Shown here: positions 46,201-56,549 of the stretch, piece by piece
Position numbering within the stretch: position 1 is the first letter of the stretch
How the letters are laid out: each line of letters starts with the position of its first letter
Assembly (NCBI GenBank): GCA_051942205.1
Contig: JAVECO010000018.1
Coordinates: forward strand, 62,001 to 126,000
Source: Coniocarpon cinnabarinum
Taxonomy: Eukaryota
Reading direction: 5' to 3'
DNA: 64,000 nucleotides
Translations under genes and position numbers: made by a program
The notes under the pieces: model-generated
What the model saw: only the letters and a program-made list of their open reading frames with translations
The model's database searches: none
What the model was told of the DNA's origin: nothing

Positions 46201-46994
46201 GCTCGCCCACACTGTTCAGTACGCCCACGTATGCCCAGGCTGCAACAGCCACAACTGGCAACCCGGCAGCCTCAAGCCTTACTGCAACTCAGAATGCCAA
46301 TGTATCCACTGGTAGCCAGACTGTGCAGGCCGCAGCCGGTAGTTCCTCTGTGAACACGACATCAACTCCCGGCATCCAAAGCCTGTCCGCTCAACAGCTC
46401 TGCCCAAATTGTCGTTGCCATCCAAGTGTTCAGTCGCGGTGTCGATATGCGGCTGAGTCGTCCAAGGCACTCGAACTGCTGCAAATTTCCTCCAGAAGCT
46501 CAACTTCTAAGAGGCTGAATGCTTCTGCAAATGCAGGCGCTTCGGATGGCCCCAATGACGAAGATGCAGTCGGAAGTTTGATCGAAGATGGGAGTTGGAA
46601 TGACTTTTGGGGCGTCTTGGAAGGCGAAAGAGTCATCGAAGGGGCTGCCACAGTCGATGCACCAGCGGCTGTTACTTTAGCAGCCAATTCCACCGCTATA
46701 CCAAACCATGCAGATCCTGCTCCCACAATCGGTGTTGTGCATGGCAATTCGGAGCCTACTTTGAATCACACCACCCCATCTCCTCCACCGCAAAATGGAG
46801 AACCTGCCCCGCAGGTGATGATCGCGCCCGCGGAAGATGAACCAGACTTCGAGCACGATTCAGAGGACGAAGCGGATGTGAGTCAGGTGCACTCGCACAT
46901 GGATAATGAAGAAGACACGGGCGAGACCAGCAGTGTTGAGATGGGTGAGGATGGTGTGATGCTGGAAGAGGAGGTCATGGGAATGGAGGGATGA
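43254..46994 (+). CDS. Large Cys-rich protein with N-terminal F-box-like helix
   Basis: Intronless ORF of more than 1200 aa; LLLIPPVLDTLLSHLP...FDLY is F-box-like; LRR-like LTRLDLD and LKHLSVRGC; many CxxC clusters; acidic tail. Confidence 0.8.
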   Translation: MSLRAVPCTLKREECLIGDGLMHAVTSRTLTTDSTASQACVAGQEEYIRLGSADDDSTGATAFTSFEALLLIPPVLDTLLSHLPTSSIFDLYHTNKHLRTLLQSYPLAWKNLSFRLLPSTPSASNTTGFDTPVDSLTNKRLHALDSLLRRGIPTHTKIRLTRLDLDNTSASGSSLHTHVLTPHRGVLKHLSVRGCKEVSIKYHILPFLTENLTIPADLNDGPLALKSLYTYRCRHHRRRPYLPTSLSRRDSDSHPTHQLVEICHRFGIWTDTAWCPTPGGRCFRRKDYWIGRSGFGANEVWVPFDRLWRSQNFLGSTANLRESRGRERLSWRDANGGSAGRLWDDHECGQGGEALGSGLTCRDESKDLPTHERRSHKSFIEGFECYKCREPILERCEQCSVRMHCAGCRKTLCHSCAFDRPVRRKRRREAHDADDLTSSTASPDFAPADADPLPQRRRRRLNERYWWAPGATRSPNVMGETSQSEDSSGDDSSNDHADQIPSNPRLDMHWCCLKPTFSGGGGIGFMGSPNGDNVRAAPLPQGCGFEDTDFPLRCMQETVSSCASPNAPNPVLESSDSSVSPSSQGKGSLHGADTALFTTLSSSFSPAQSISQPHKAPRPLCSECYNSRAWCVTCKACKMPICIEHDVKQLKARRCGFRKLEQERKIILEGQNLRRAGRDESYALKDAKSRVFLSRWQPVVAEMEFADQRRREERKWAPEDRGIDPSEDLESPVESMNRTLPNLYELRRTKSLTILPSQSGSLHTGAGSDAAISTSIQSSNSRWLGCGAYLCPSPRGLGDPRPRCKATETSNAPTTTSSPNQAVGNAASTVTNATNLAAHVAHHHPQALPFIANLNLSNLTLQPGTTLTFLYGTGSAPNQPLQQAQTPADQQGLQFVQVVPGQPNPDATTSNLDGNVQPPNALAANHQVSAIITHAAGSQQHVRGGVIQTASQNEHEALRCAACSTLVCADCRREHPCCPCSACSPTLFSTPTYAQAATATTGNPAASSLTATQNANVSTGSQTVQAAAGSSSVNTTSTPGIQSLSAQQLCPNCRCHPSVQSRCRYAAESSKALELLQISSRSSTSKRLNASANAGASDGPNDEDAVGSLIEDGSWNDFWGVLEGERVIEGAATVDAPAAVTLAANSTAIPNHADPAPTIGVVHGNSEPTLNHTTPSPPPQNGEPAPQVMIAPAEDEPDFEHDSEDEADVSQVHSHMDNEEDTGETSSVEMGEDGVMLEEEVMGMEG

Positions 46995-47613
46995 TTGTGT
47001 CTTGCACGCCATCCAGATTGAGCAAGAACATGTTCAAAGAGGTTTGCAGGATGCTGGCGTTATTGATCGCCTCACAATTTCACTTGATTGCATTTCGGAG
47101 CGCGGCGTCTGGGTAGAATGCAGGATTCGGGACTCGAGCACTGATCACGCATAATGGCAGTAATTAATGTATTATACCAACTATCATCAAATGTTTTAAG
47201 CGCTACCGAGATCATCCCTTGTCTTATTTCAGTGTCGCTGCGCCCAGCCAGGCTTCGTTCTCAGATGTAACAAAGTGGCTGGCATTTATTCAATCCAATC
47301 ATGGTTCAGACATCGTCATGTGATTGCAGCATACACGTCCTTTTGAACTTGACACCCTGCCGATGCGAGCTCAACCCTAAGCTGATCCACGCGTCGGCGG
47401 CCCAAACACTGAGCAAAATAAACAAGCTGCCAAATCGGTGCAGAAAAACCACACTGCTCCAGTTCAACTTCCTCAACACAATCTTAAACTCCAATCGGCA
47501 GCCAACATTGCAACTCCTCTCACAATCTGAACAACTATTCTTCACATCATTTTGAAGTATCGTCTTCGTGGATAGCACCTCGGCGCCGTGCCGGTGCAGC
47601 GCCCTCTCCTCCA

Positions 47614-50507
47614 ATGGCGCATTCGCCTGAGTCGGTGCACTCACGCGCCAATTTGATCAGAGAGATGGCTAGAGGCCATCGTAGTCAAAGCAGGTTGTCA
47701 GACGCAGAATCAAACGACATTTCAAGCAAAGACTGGGGTAACGTCCCTCCGTTGCGTGAACCGCTTGGTCACCTTGCTGACGTTCAACAGAAGGCACCAG
47801 GTCACAACAACTCCCAGCACTGCCAGCATTCACCCCCGACAAGTATGTGCGATCGCACGACGAGTACCAAATTAACACCTCAGCACTTCGAAGAGCCTTT
47901 CCAGAATTCTCTCAGCACGGGTCTTCCGACGAAGACTCCATCGAGGTTGGACGAGGCCTCGGAAATGGCAATCGCGACCCGGCCCGTTTCTTTCCATCTG
48001 AGGACCCATCCGAAAACATATCTTTGAACTTTGACAACGGGGAGAAGTACACAGTCACGGCAACGCCACCCTTGAAACCTAAGAATATTCGAGCCCCGGC
48101 TGCATCTCAGAATACTGCGACGAAGGATTTGCCCATGCCTCGGAGCATATCAGAAAAGGAGAACCAAGACCCAGAGGGCAAAGTCACTTCGTTTGGGTCT
48201 CGCAGCAGCAGCGATCGTGATACAGTTCAGCGCAAATCAACCGCTGTCCACCAAAGTGTTGAACAAGATGAGAGCCAGTCGATGCCCACACGTCCAAAAT
48301 CACATTATGCGTCCGCAAAGAGCACGAGGTTCACAAGTCCACCTGCGCGTCAGCCACTTACCGAAACCAAGAATTCGGTCAATCGCCAAACATCTGGAAC
48401 TGCACACAACGGTACTGTCGATTCGGTCAACTCAGCCGCCGCCGGTACCTATCAGTCCTTTGTGTTTCCAGACATGCCCAATATGACCGAGTTGATGACT
48501 GGATCACGCAGGGATGCAAAACCTAACATGGCGAGAAGGACTCAAGGCAGATCTCAGTTTGGAACGCCTTCATCGCTGCGGAATCCTGTCAAGTCGAGGC
48601 CGACACATGAAGAGCTTGGTGACGTGCCAGTTCCGGCCGACGCAAAGGCGTTGTACTTGTCTTTGCAATTGCTTCAGGAGAAGGTGCAAACCCTCGAGGG
48701 CGAACGCGATCGGGCGGTAGAAAAGGCGGACGGCTACGAGCTCGAGTTGCTTCGATTGAGGTCGCAAGTGGAAGAGCAGGCGGAGACGGTGAACAACGAC
48801 CAAGACAGCAAATGGGTCACTGAACGAGCCAAGTTCGAAAAGTCGGTCAAGACACTTCAGCAACGACTCAAGCAGACTACCAAGAAGTACAATGCAGCCG
48901 AAGCAACCATCAAATCCCTTACCTCGTCCCGAGGCAACGCCCAGGAAGAATTGAGTGCCGCACAAAATGCTTCTGATGCCCTGCAGAACGACTGCATTGC
49001 GTTGCGGCAGGAGCTTCGGGCGGTCAAGAACCAGCTCACCAGTCTCAATCAGCACCACGATGAACTACAAGGGAAGGTAGAACGTCGCGAAAAAGCGGTC
49101 CATGAGCTGGCGAGTATGGCAAAACAGCTCTGGGACACACGCCGTGCGTTGGCGCGGTCGAACTCGAAGCTTGAGCAGCGCAACATTAGTCGGAACAGAG
49201 CTAGTGTCAGATCTCAGAAAGCCTCTGCAGGCGTAAGCGAACAGGCACCGGGACTCACAGCCGCAGATGAAACCACGAAGAAGGCACGGCCACGTCGTTC
49301 CAATCTTGATGATAGTATGACTGTCGAGCAGACTACCCGACAAAGCTCAAAGCAGCAGTCAGTCCTACAGCAAGCACATGTGCAAACAGACACCCGGTAC
49401 TTTAATCTCGAAGACCTAGAGCGCTGTGAGACATACTTGAGCTTCATGGATGGCGACGAAGTGGCGAAGCTTCGCCAAGTTCTTCAGGAGGACAAGGCCC
49501 GACTTCAATCAGAGGGTCTCTTTGCGCTGCCTCGCAAATCTTCGATGAAGGATACCACCCGGCAATCATCAAGAAAGGGGCAACAAGTCCAGTATGAAGA
49601 TCTGTCGGATCAGATATGTCAAGAGATGACTGATAATGTCAGTCGACCTCTCAGCCGCAACAGTGTCCGCAGCCACCAAAGCCATCGCGTTAGGGACGAT
49701 GATGCATTCTCACGCGATGTAGACATTGAACCAGACGTCACTCGAGAGATGACCCAGCAGTCGCTTCGCAACCCACGATCTCGACCTCCACGCTCCACGG
49801 GCCCCGTCAATGCAGACGCGCACGACGAAAACATGACCTCTGCATTTATTCTTCCAGACATTACTATGACCGGTGCGGCTCTCGCTAGCGCTGTCAATGG
49901 CAAGAGCAATAATGTTGGCCATGATTTCAAAAAACACAAAGGCATAATCCCTCGCCCCGTCCCTGTTTCCGAACGCCCTGTCTCGCCTACCCCTGAAAAT
50001 CCTGACCCAACGCTTCGCCCTTCCCGGGAGCCGGGCGTCGCGCTATCACTTGTCCTTCATAGTCTCGAAGCAGAAATTACGCGTCTCCGCGAGCAGCTTT
50101 CCAAGTTTGAAGATCTCTATCAGCAGGCACATCCCAGTCTTAGCAAGCGTCGTCGCAAAGCCATCTGGGCACGCATTTTGAGAATTGGAGAGGCGATCGA
50201 GCGCCGCGCAGATCAGGTGTATGCCCTTTACGATGTGTTGGAAGGTCTGAAGCAGAGTGGTCTTGAGATGAAGGAGGAGGAAGTGGAGGTGACGTTAGCG
50301 GAATTGGGGGTGGATGCTGCCTACGTGCAGAGAGCGACGAGTACGAAGGCCGGCGCAAAGGAGACGAAAAAGCAAGGTGGTGAGCAGGACGAAATCGCCG
50401 GATTGCCGTTTGAAGGCGATGACGAAGAGATCAGTGATGTTGATGGAGAAGTTTGGGAAGGTTTCGAGACGACGGGGACACACACTGGTGGCGTTGGTGC
50501 GAAGTGA
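47614..50507 (+). CDS. ppc89: Spindle pole body protein, Ppc89/Cep57-like
   Basis: Intron 47738-47790; long coiled coil; ENMTSAFILPDIT; C-terminal PTLRPS..P..AL..V...LE.E...L...KRRRK...ADQVYALYDVLEG. Confidence 0.8.
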
Positions 50508-50865
50508 ATGCTTTCTCTCACTGGGCGAGACTTCGGAGGCTGACGAGTGAGGTTGAAGCTGAGTATTCTTTGTTTGCGCGGGTCGTGCTTTGTACGAGTC
50601 AAATATTCGAGCGCTCTGCTTATCATTGTTTGGCGTTGGGGTAGTATACGTGAATGACACACAGACGCCTACCACACACTCGTGCATGTACGAGCACTCA
50701 ACCACTGCACTTACCCGTCGTGTTCCATCTCTTGTCTCTTCATCTACACCCCCTTCTTTTTGGTACTCTCCCTCCATGCCCCTACCTTACCTGACTCCAC
50801 TTACCTCGCTTCATGTCTTCCCTTCCTTTTTCTCCACCCCCTCATCCCCTCTCAAAATGCAAAAC

Positions 50866-51267
50866 TCACATAACAACACACCCCTTCTGATTCCCCTTAG
50901 CCGCATACCTCTTCCGTCCCGTCTCGCGCGTCATGCCCATCCGCCCCGACGATTCCAACATCTTCGCCCGCTTCATCATACTGACGCGTTTCTTCTCACA
51001 CGCGCGACAGATCCCCGCGCGCCGCGTCTTGTAATCGGGCATGTTCTTGCGACAGGGCCGCGGCGGCAGGGGTCCATGTCCTGGGAAGGCGGGACGGCCG
51101 GGGCGCCCCTTGGATGGGGGCATGGCGGGCCGTGGTCGCGCGGCGGGGAGCGCGGGCGTGCCTTTGGGACAGAGGATTTGCTGTTTGTCTGTTCGGATTG
51201 TGTGGGAGGGTTGTTGGCCTGGGATGGGGCCTGGACAGAGGTGTAACGTGTGGACGAGGCGGCACAT
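50866..51267 (-). CDS. Small basic Cys/His-containing hypothetical protein
   Basis: MC...H..C...H...C...C...CRAC pattern typical of small fungal Zn-binding proteins; GC-rich relative to its flanks. Confidence 0.45.
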   Translation of the reverse strand: MCRLVHTLHLCPGPIPGQQPSHTIRTDKQQILCPKGTPALPAARPRPAMPPSKGRPGRPAFPGHGPLPPRPCRKNMPDYKTRRAGICRACEKKRVSMMKRAKMLESSGRMGMTRETGRKRYAAKGNQKGCVVM

Positions 51268-51667
51268 TGTTAGTATCGATGTGTGTGGTGAAAGCTTACT
51301 TGGTTACTTGGTCACTTGTGAGGGTTCTGCGTTTGAAAATGGAAAGGTCGATTTTGAGGCTGTGGTGGTTTCAATGAAGTGAAAGAGCGCCTGGCTCGGG
51401 ATTGGTGTAATGAATGTGAGAGATGTTTTCGAAACGAACGACAGTGGAGAGAACGACACAACTGAGCGGAATGCGAGGTCTAAATTCAAGGACATGCGTG
51501 TGGAGGCGTGTGAAGCCTTTGCGGGTACAGCAACATATGCACTGTGGAGTGACAATGTTATTGTGTTGTATAGACAAAGGCAAGTAGGACAATTGTGCTT
51601 TGTTCTCGACCTCGGGTTACTTGTGGCTACTTTGTGTGTCAAATCGACGATGGCAGGCAGGTTGACA

Positions 51668-54395
51668 TCAAGCCAAGCCAAAACCTCGCGTATACTCGAC
51701 CGCGTACGAGAGCTTCTCATCCAGCATCTCATGAGATGTATATGGTGGCAAGTATATGAACTTGGCGCAGGTGCTAGCATGCGGTAGACCGCTCTCGCCT
51801 TGTGGAGATCGCCTGTGAATTGCTGTCAGGTTGTTTGGTGGTCCATTTCAGGAATGCGAACCACGCCGAAAGAAGACTCACGAAAGTGTAAACGCTGGGT
51901 TCTCCTCCGCATTGCAGCCCATGGGTAGACGATCGCTGGCGGTGACGAACTGCAGTAGCTTAGCAACGCGTTCGTCTGGCCATCGGCTGACGACCTCCGA
52001 GAACATCCGACCTAGCCCGTCGTCTTGCCCACGGCGAGGGTCGTCACGAATGAGTGGCAGCAGTTTTGCAGCTGAAATGTGAGGATCTCCCTCCACGATG
52101 AGGCGCAGAGACTCGGCGGACACGCTATCAATGAGGTGATTTGGCAGAATTCTGATCAGCCCACGTCGAAGCTGGGAGAGCTGATGCATAGTCGTGTGTA
52201 TCAGTTGCCCTGCAAATTCATATCAATACCGAGCATTCAGATAGCCATAGGATGGACGGAGTCAGTGTAGGGATACTAACATGACACGAAGGCCTGCACG
52301 AAGACATGTTTGTTCGCGTCGGTTACCTTTGGTGAGGAGTCAGCTATAAGTTGGACAGAATTGTAACGTGCCCAAGCGCTTTCGAAGAATGTCTGACCCT
52401 CTTGCCACAGCCTGCAAGGAAAATCGCACCATGCTTACCTCGTCTTCCTCCCAATCTACCGAAGAATTTCCCATCGGACTCTGGAGGAATTGCTCCATTA
52501 TTCTATAAGTCCATCCGACGTCATCCCTCGTTAACTCAGAAACGTCTTGCAGGACAGGAATACTGATGCTCCATGCCTCCGCCGTGTCTGTTTGATACTC
52601 GTCTGCATTCAGCGGCTGTGGCCAAGCAGGGAGACCTGTCTCAAAGACCGCTGGGATTCCTGCGCCATCAATGGAACTATCCAGCATGTTCTGAAGCGCT
52701 TGAAATTTTTGAGGCCAACCTTCCTGGAGCAGTGACAGGGTGGGTTCGACCTCCTCCGGGTCGCGACGGTGTAGCAGTTCATAAAACACCAATGGGAATC
52801 TGACCGGTAACACAAATCCGTTGTGGATCGCAAGTCCCATGATGGCGCCAAACACCTCGTATACTTCTAATCGATCCATGTCACAAGCTGCTGGATTAAA
52901 CCAGCTGAGCCCGCTGCCTTCCTCGGATTCTTGAAAGAGATGACATGGAGCTTGGCTGACTTCCGCAGCCACCTCTTGGAAGAAGTCTTGTGCAACACCG
53001 CCATTGTCAATGCCCACATCGCCGAGAGATGTCCAACGGAATCTGAGAGGCAGCAACATCTGACGCTTTTGGACCCTTTGCAGCTCGTCACAGGCCATGG
53101 CGAGAGGTGCTAACCGTGAAGCTAGGATGCCGACGTAGCGCCGCGTGACACTGTGCAGTCCAATCTGCGAAGGGCGCATAGTAACACCCAAAAGGTCCTC
53201 TGATTGAGAATTGAGACGCAGAGCTCCTACGTTCTCGCTCATGAAAAATCGTGGTGGAGACAAGACAAGGTCCCAGTGGAAGTCTGCTTTTTGGACAGCG
53301 CGCTGCATCCTGAGCATAGAGATGGCGCGTATGAGTGCGGCTTCGTACTGAGGTGTCGGTTTTTCATGTCCATATGGTCTGATGATGGCATTTGCGAGTC
53401 TATAACGGGCTCTGACTGTGTTTGGATACGTCTTGAAAAGGCAAGTCAATCGATCTGAGCTCTTCTAGGTTCACACTGCAGCATTGAAGTGCTTGTGCTC
53501 ACCTCTTCCAGATGCTTTGTCCACACCCTGGATTTGATTCGGTCAGCGCGATACTTTTATGGGGATGTCTGCAGAAACAGCAAGAGCATGCAATGGTAAA
53601 GAGGATTTTTTGATGCATTTTTTGAGGTCCAATAGTCAGGCAAAGGGTCGTTGGTCTTCAAATGTATCAGGATAATGTTTGTTCTCCTTGCACAAGTACG
53701 CGACGGCCAAGCAGCATGACTTATTTATTAGACATTTGCATTATGAGAGAACAATATTGCTGTGAGGGGCACACAAGGTCGCAGGGCTTTGAATATCCGT
53801 ACAGTCAAGCAAGAGGGCAAACCGAAAGCTTTGTGCGTACCTTGCCGTATTCAACGGAAGACCGAGTGGCCACAAGTCCTGTCGTCCTCGGGCTAAAGTA
53901 GTGACCCTCTCCGACGTCAGCTCCTCAGACCATTCGTCGTCACGGTCATTTGAAAGCGGCTTTTCGAATAGATCGGACATGACCCTAGTTGAGAACACGA
54001 CCTGCTCAAGATTATTATTGTCAATCCGCTCCGGCGTCGAATCGATCGCGTAAGAGCGTCGACCCCACAGAGTCTCGCAGAGAAACTTTTCTGCATCTGG
54101 CTGGGAAGCCACGGTCAAGGCCCAAGATCGAGCCGTCAGGACCGATGGTCGTCGGAATGGCTGTAGGGATGTGCGCGCGCGATAGGTGAGACATGGCTTC
54201 TTAGTACAGGTCTCATCGCCGCAGCCTTGGTAGATCTATACTTTGCGGTCAGTCTGTCCTGATCGCCGGTATAGACCCGCCATCACTCAAGGTTACCAAC
54301 CTGATGGTAGAACCTTGGTTTGCGATTAGCATGAAAATTTTCAATTCAGTGTATTGTGTTTCTTACGCGCGTATCAGGCGAACAGGGTCGTCCAT
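51668..54395 (-). CDS. AZUL-HECT E3 ubiquitin ligase (E6AP/Hul4-like, ~667 aa, 8 exons)
   Basis: Exons 54367-54395, 54301-54313, 53841-54235, 53503-53527, 52439-53461, 52281-52326, 51882-52209 and 51668-51812 total 2004 nt. AZUL FYHQIYQGCGDETCTKKPC; HECT GIDNGGVAQDFF, LLQFVTASDRLP and catalytic LPHASTC...GFGLA*. Confidence 0.8.
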
Positions 54396-54943
54396 TACTG
54401 CCCAGTATCTCCTCTACGAATAACGTCGCTTCAAGCAGTCTGCTCATGCAAAAAACATGTTCATGTCACAGCTAACAATATGGAACTGGAGAATCGACAA
54501 GAGGAGTAGCCTTCCCAGACCAAATACGTTGAGGCTTTCTGGGGCGGACATAAACATGGTTGCCGTACAACCATGGTTTGGGGTAAGAACGATGGATTGC
54601 TTAGACAGTGTAGGCCTTTGGTGAGGACACTGAAGCCGTCTAAAGCCGGACACCCAAATTCAGAGCTCTAGGTGTTCATTTTGGGTATCGATGTGCGACC
54701 AGAATCCTACGAGGGATGCTTCAATAACATTTCTTAAGTACTCAAGGTACCTCACTGTCCTGGTCGCGCTGTCGTTCCTGTCAATCCCTGATACTAACCC
54801 AAATGCAGACTAGTCTCACTTTATGCCAAGGCCTCCCAATGGCTGCCAATAGACGTTTCTGCATAGGTAACGCTTGAGCTTCGGCCCATGCTGACCTCGA
54901 AACCTTTCTTGCATGGCTCATCCATCCTCAAGAGTAGACATGA

Positions 54944-56416
54944 ATGGAGCCTGCAAGTCCCCGGCCAATAGCGCGACGCTCCGCAACTCCCACCGATGGC
55001 ATCCTCCCCTTTCCCACCACTACACCAACCACTACCTCCACACCCGCATTTCCCTCCGCTCAGTCTGAAACCTGGCACTCGCTTCTCCCACGTCCCCGCG
55101 ACCTCCTCCCATACTTTATAACCAGCTCCGCGACACCCTCCAAGATTCGTTCGACATCATGGGTCGATGGTCTTCGAGGTCTTGCCGCCTTTTTGGTCCT
55201 CATATTTCACTTTACGTACCGCATGACGAACACGAACCTGGCTTGGGGCGCGAACGATGACTCAGACACGCGCGTGTTATGGCGCTTGCCTGTGCTCAGG
55301 CTGCTTTCTTCTGGCTCGGCGATGGTGTCGCTCTTTTTCCTCATCTCGGGCTACGCGTTGAGTCTTCGGCCACTGCAATTAATACGAGCTGCGCACCGAG
55401 GACGCACCGAGTCTCGGGTGCCAACATCGGACGTGACGAGGCATCTGGCGAGTGCCTTGATCAGGAGGCCAATCCGGCTCTTCGTACCCGTTGTCTTTTC
55501 CGCAGTGCTGATCTTTATGTGTGTGCGTCTTGGCCTCTCGGACTGGACGAGGCCAGTAGCTGAGAACAAGAGCATCTTCCCAATCACACCGCAAGAGACC
55601 CACGTGGAGACCAAGTCCAACATCTTTCTTCAATTTGCGCATCTCTTCACGGAGTTGCGCGATCTGATGCACAACGCGTTTTGGGAAAACTTCTTCGGCG
55701 GGAACTTCGAATACGATCAGCATATGTGGACCATACCCGTGGAGCTACGAAGCAGCTGTCTGCTCTTCGGGAGCCTGATACCGTGCATCTTCATGAGCGA
55801 GGATGTCAGATATTGGTATTGGGCTGGTCTCATCGGCTGGACAGTCGACGGTGGGAATTGGCAGATGTGCCTCTTCTTCACAGGAGCGGTGGTCGCTGAA
55901 TGGAATCTGAGGCAACCACAGGAGACAGCGACGGGGTCTGCCTCCCCGCCGGAGACGCCTTTGCTGCTCATGTTGTCATTGTTGATTTTGTCATATCCTG
56001 AGGAACATGCGGAGACTACGCCCTTGTATCGGTATCTGTACGCGTTGACGTATCCGTCATTTGGACAGGACTTTCGCTTTTGGCAATGCCTTGGAGGTGG
56101 TGTGCTGTTTGCTACGATCTCTGTGTCGCCTGTGTTGAAGCGGCCATTAGAGAGTGCATTGATGCAGTATCTAGGACGCATCAGCTACGGATTGTACCTC
56201 ATGCATGGGCCAGTCATTCACACGGTAGGCTTTGGTATGATAGGGATGTTGCATGGAAATAGCGAGGCTGAACTCAGTACGATGGAATATTTCATTGCTT
56301 TGGCGGTGACGAGTGCCTGCTCCATCTGGGCTGGAGACATCTGGTGGCGCTTTGTAGATCTGCGGGCGATCGCGTGGGCGAGGAAGGCGAGTGAGCGGAT
56401 ATTGACGCGACAATGA
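54944..56416 (+). CDS. Acyltransferase family 3 (membrane O-acyltransferase)
   Basis: WVDGLRGLAAFLV..H, VSLFFLISGY, RRPIRL, WTIPVE and YLGRISYGLYLMH; multiple TM segments. Confidence 0.92.
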   Translation: MEPASPRPIARRSATPTDGILPFPTTTPTTTSTPAFPSAQSETWHSLLPRPRDLLPYFITSSATPSKIRSTSWVDGLRGLAAFLVLIFHFTYRMTNTNLAWGANDDSDTRVLWRLPVLRLLSSGSAMVSLFFLISGYALSLRPLQLIRAAHRGRTESRVPTSDVTRHLASALIRRPIRLFVPVVFSAVLIFMCVRLGLSDWTRPVAENKSIFPITPQETHVETKSNIFLQFAHLFTELRDLMHNAFWENFFGGNFEYDQHMWTIPVELRSSCLLFGSLIPCIFMSEDVRYWYWAGLIGWTVDGGNWQMCLFFTGAVVAEWNLRQPQETATGSASPPETPLLLMLSLLILSYPEEHAETTPLYRYLYALTYPSFGQDFRFWQCLGGGVLFATISVSPVLKRPLESALMQYLGRISYGLYLMHGPVIHTVGFGMIGMLHGNSEAELSTMEYFIALAVTSACSIWAGDIWWRFVDLRAIAWARKASERILTRQ

Positions 56417-56549
56417 ATATAGGTTGTTATGCCGAATATTGTACAGATGTATGAGTATATGCAAAAGGTCTGTGCAACATATGCAAGTCCTCCACACCGC
56501 CTTATAAAGTGCTCATCCAACTGTCCAAGCCAGGCCATTGTATAGGTGA

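Noticed and set aside
47389..47424. MCB (ACGCGT) and forkhead-like (ATAAACA) sites upstream of the ppc89-like gene
   Set aside because: Plausible, but 6-7-mers occur by chance; cannot be supported without conservation data.
53557..53559. Premature TAA making the HECT gene a pseudogene
   Set aside because: It falls inside a plausible 313-nt intron (53528-53840) with a GCTGAC branch site and CAG acceptor that restores the frame.
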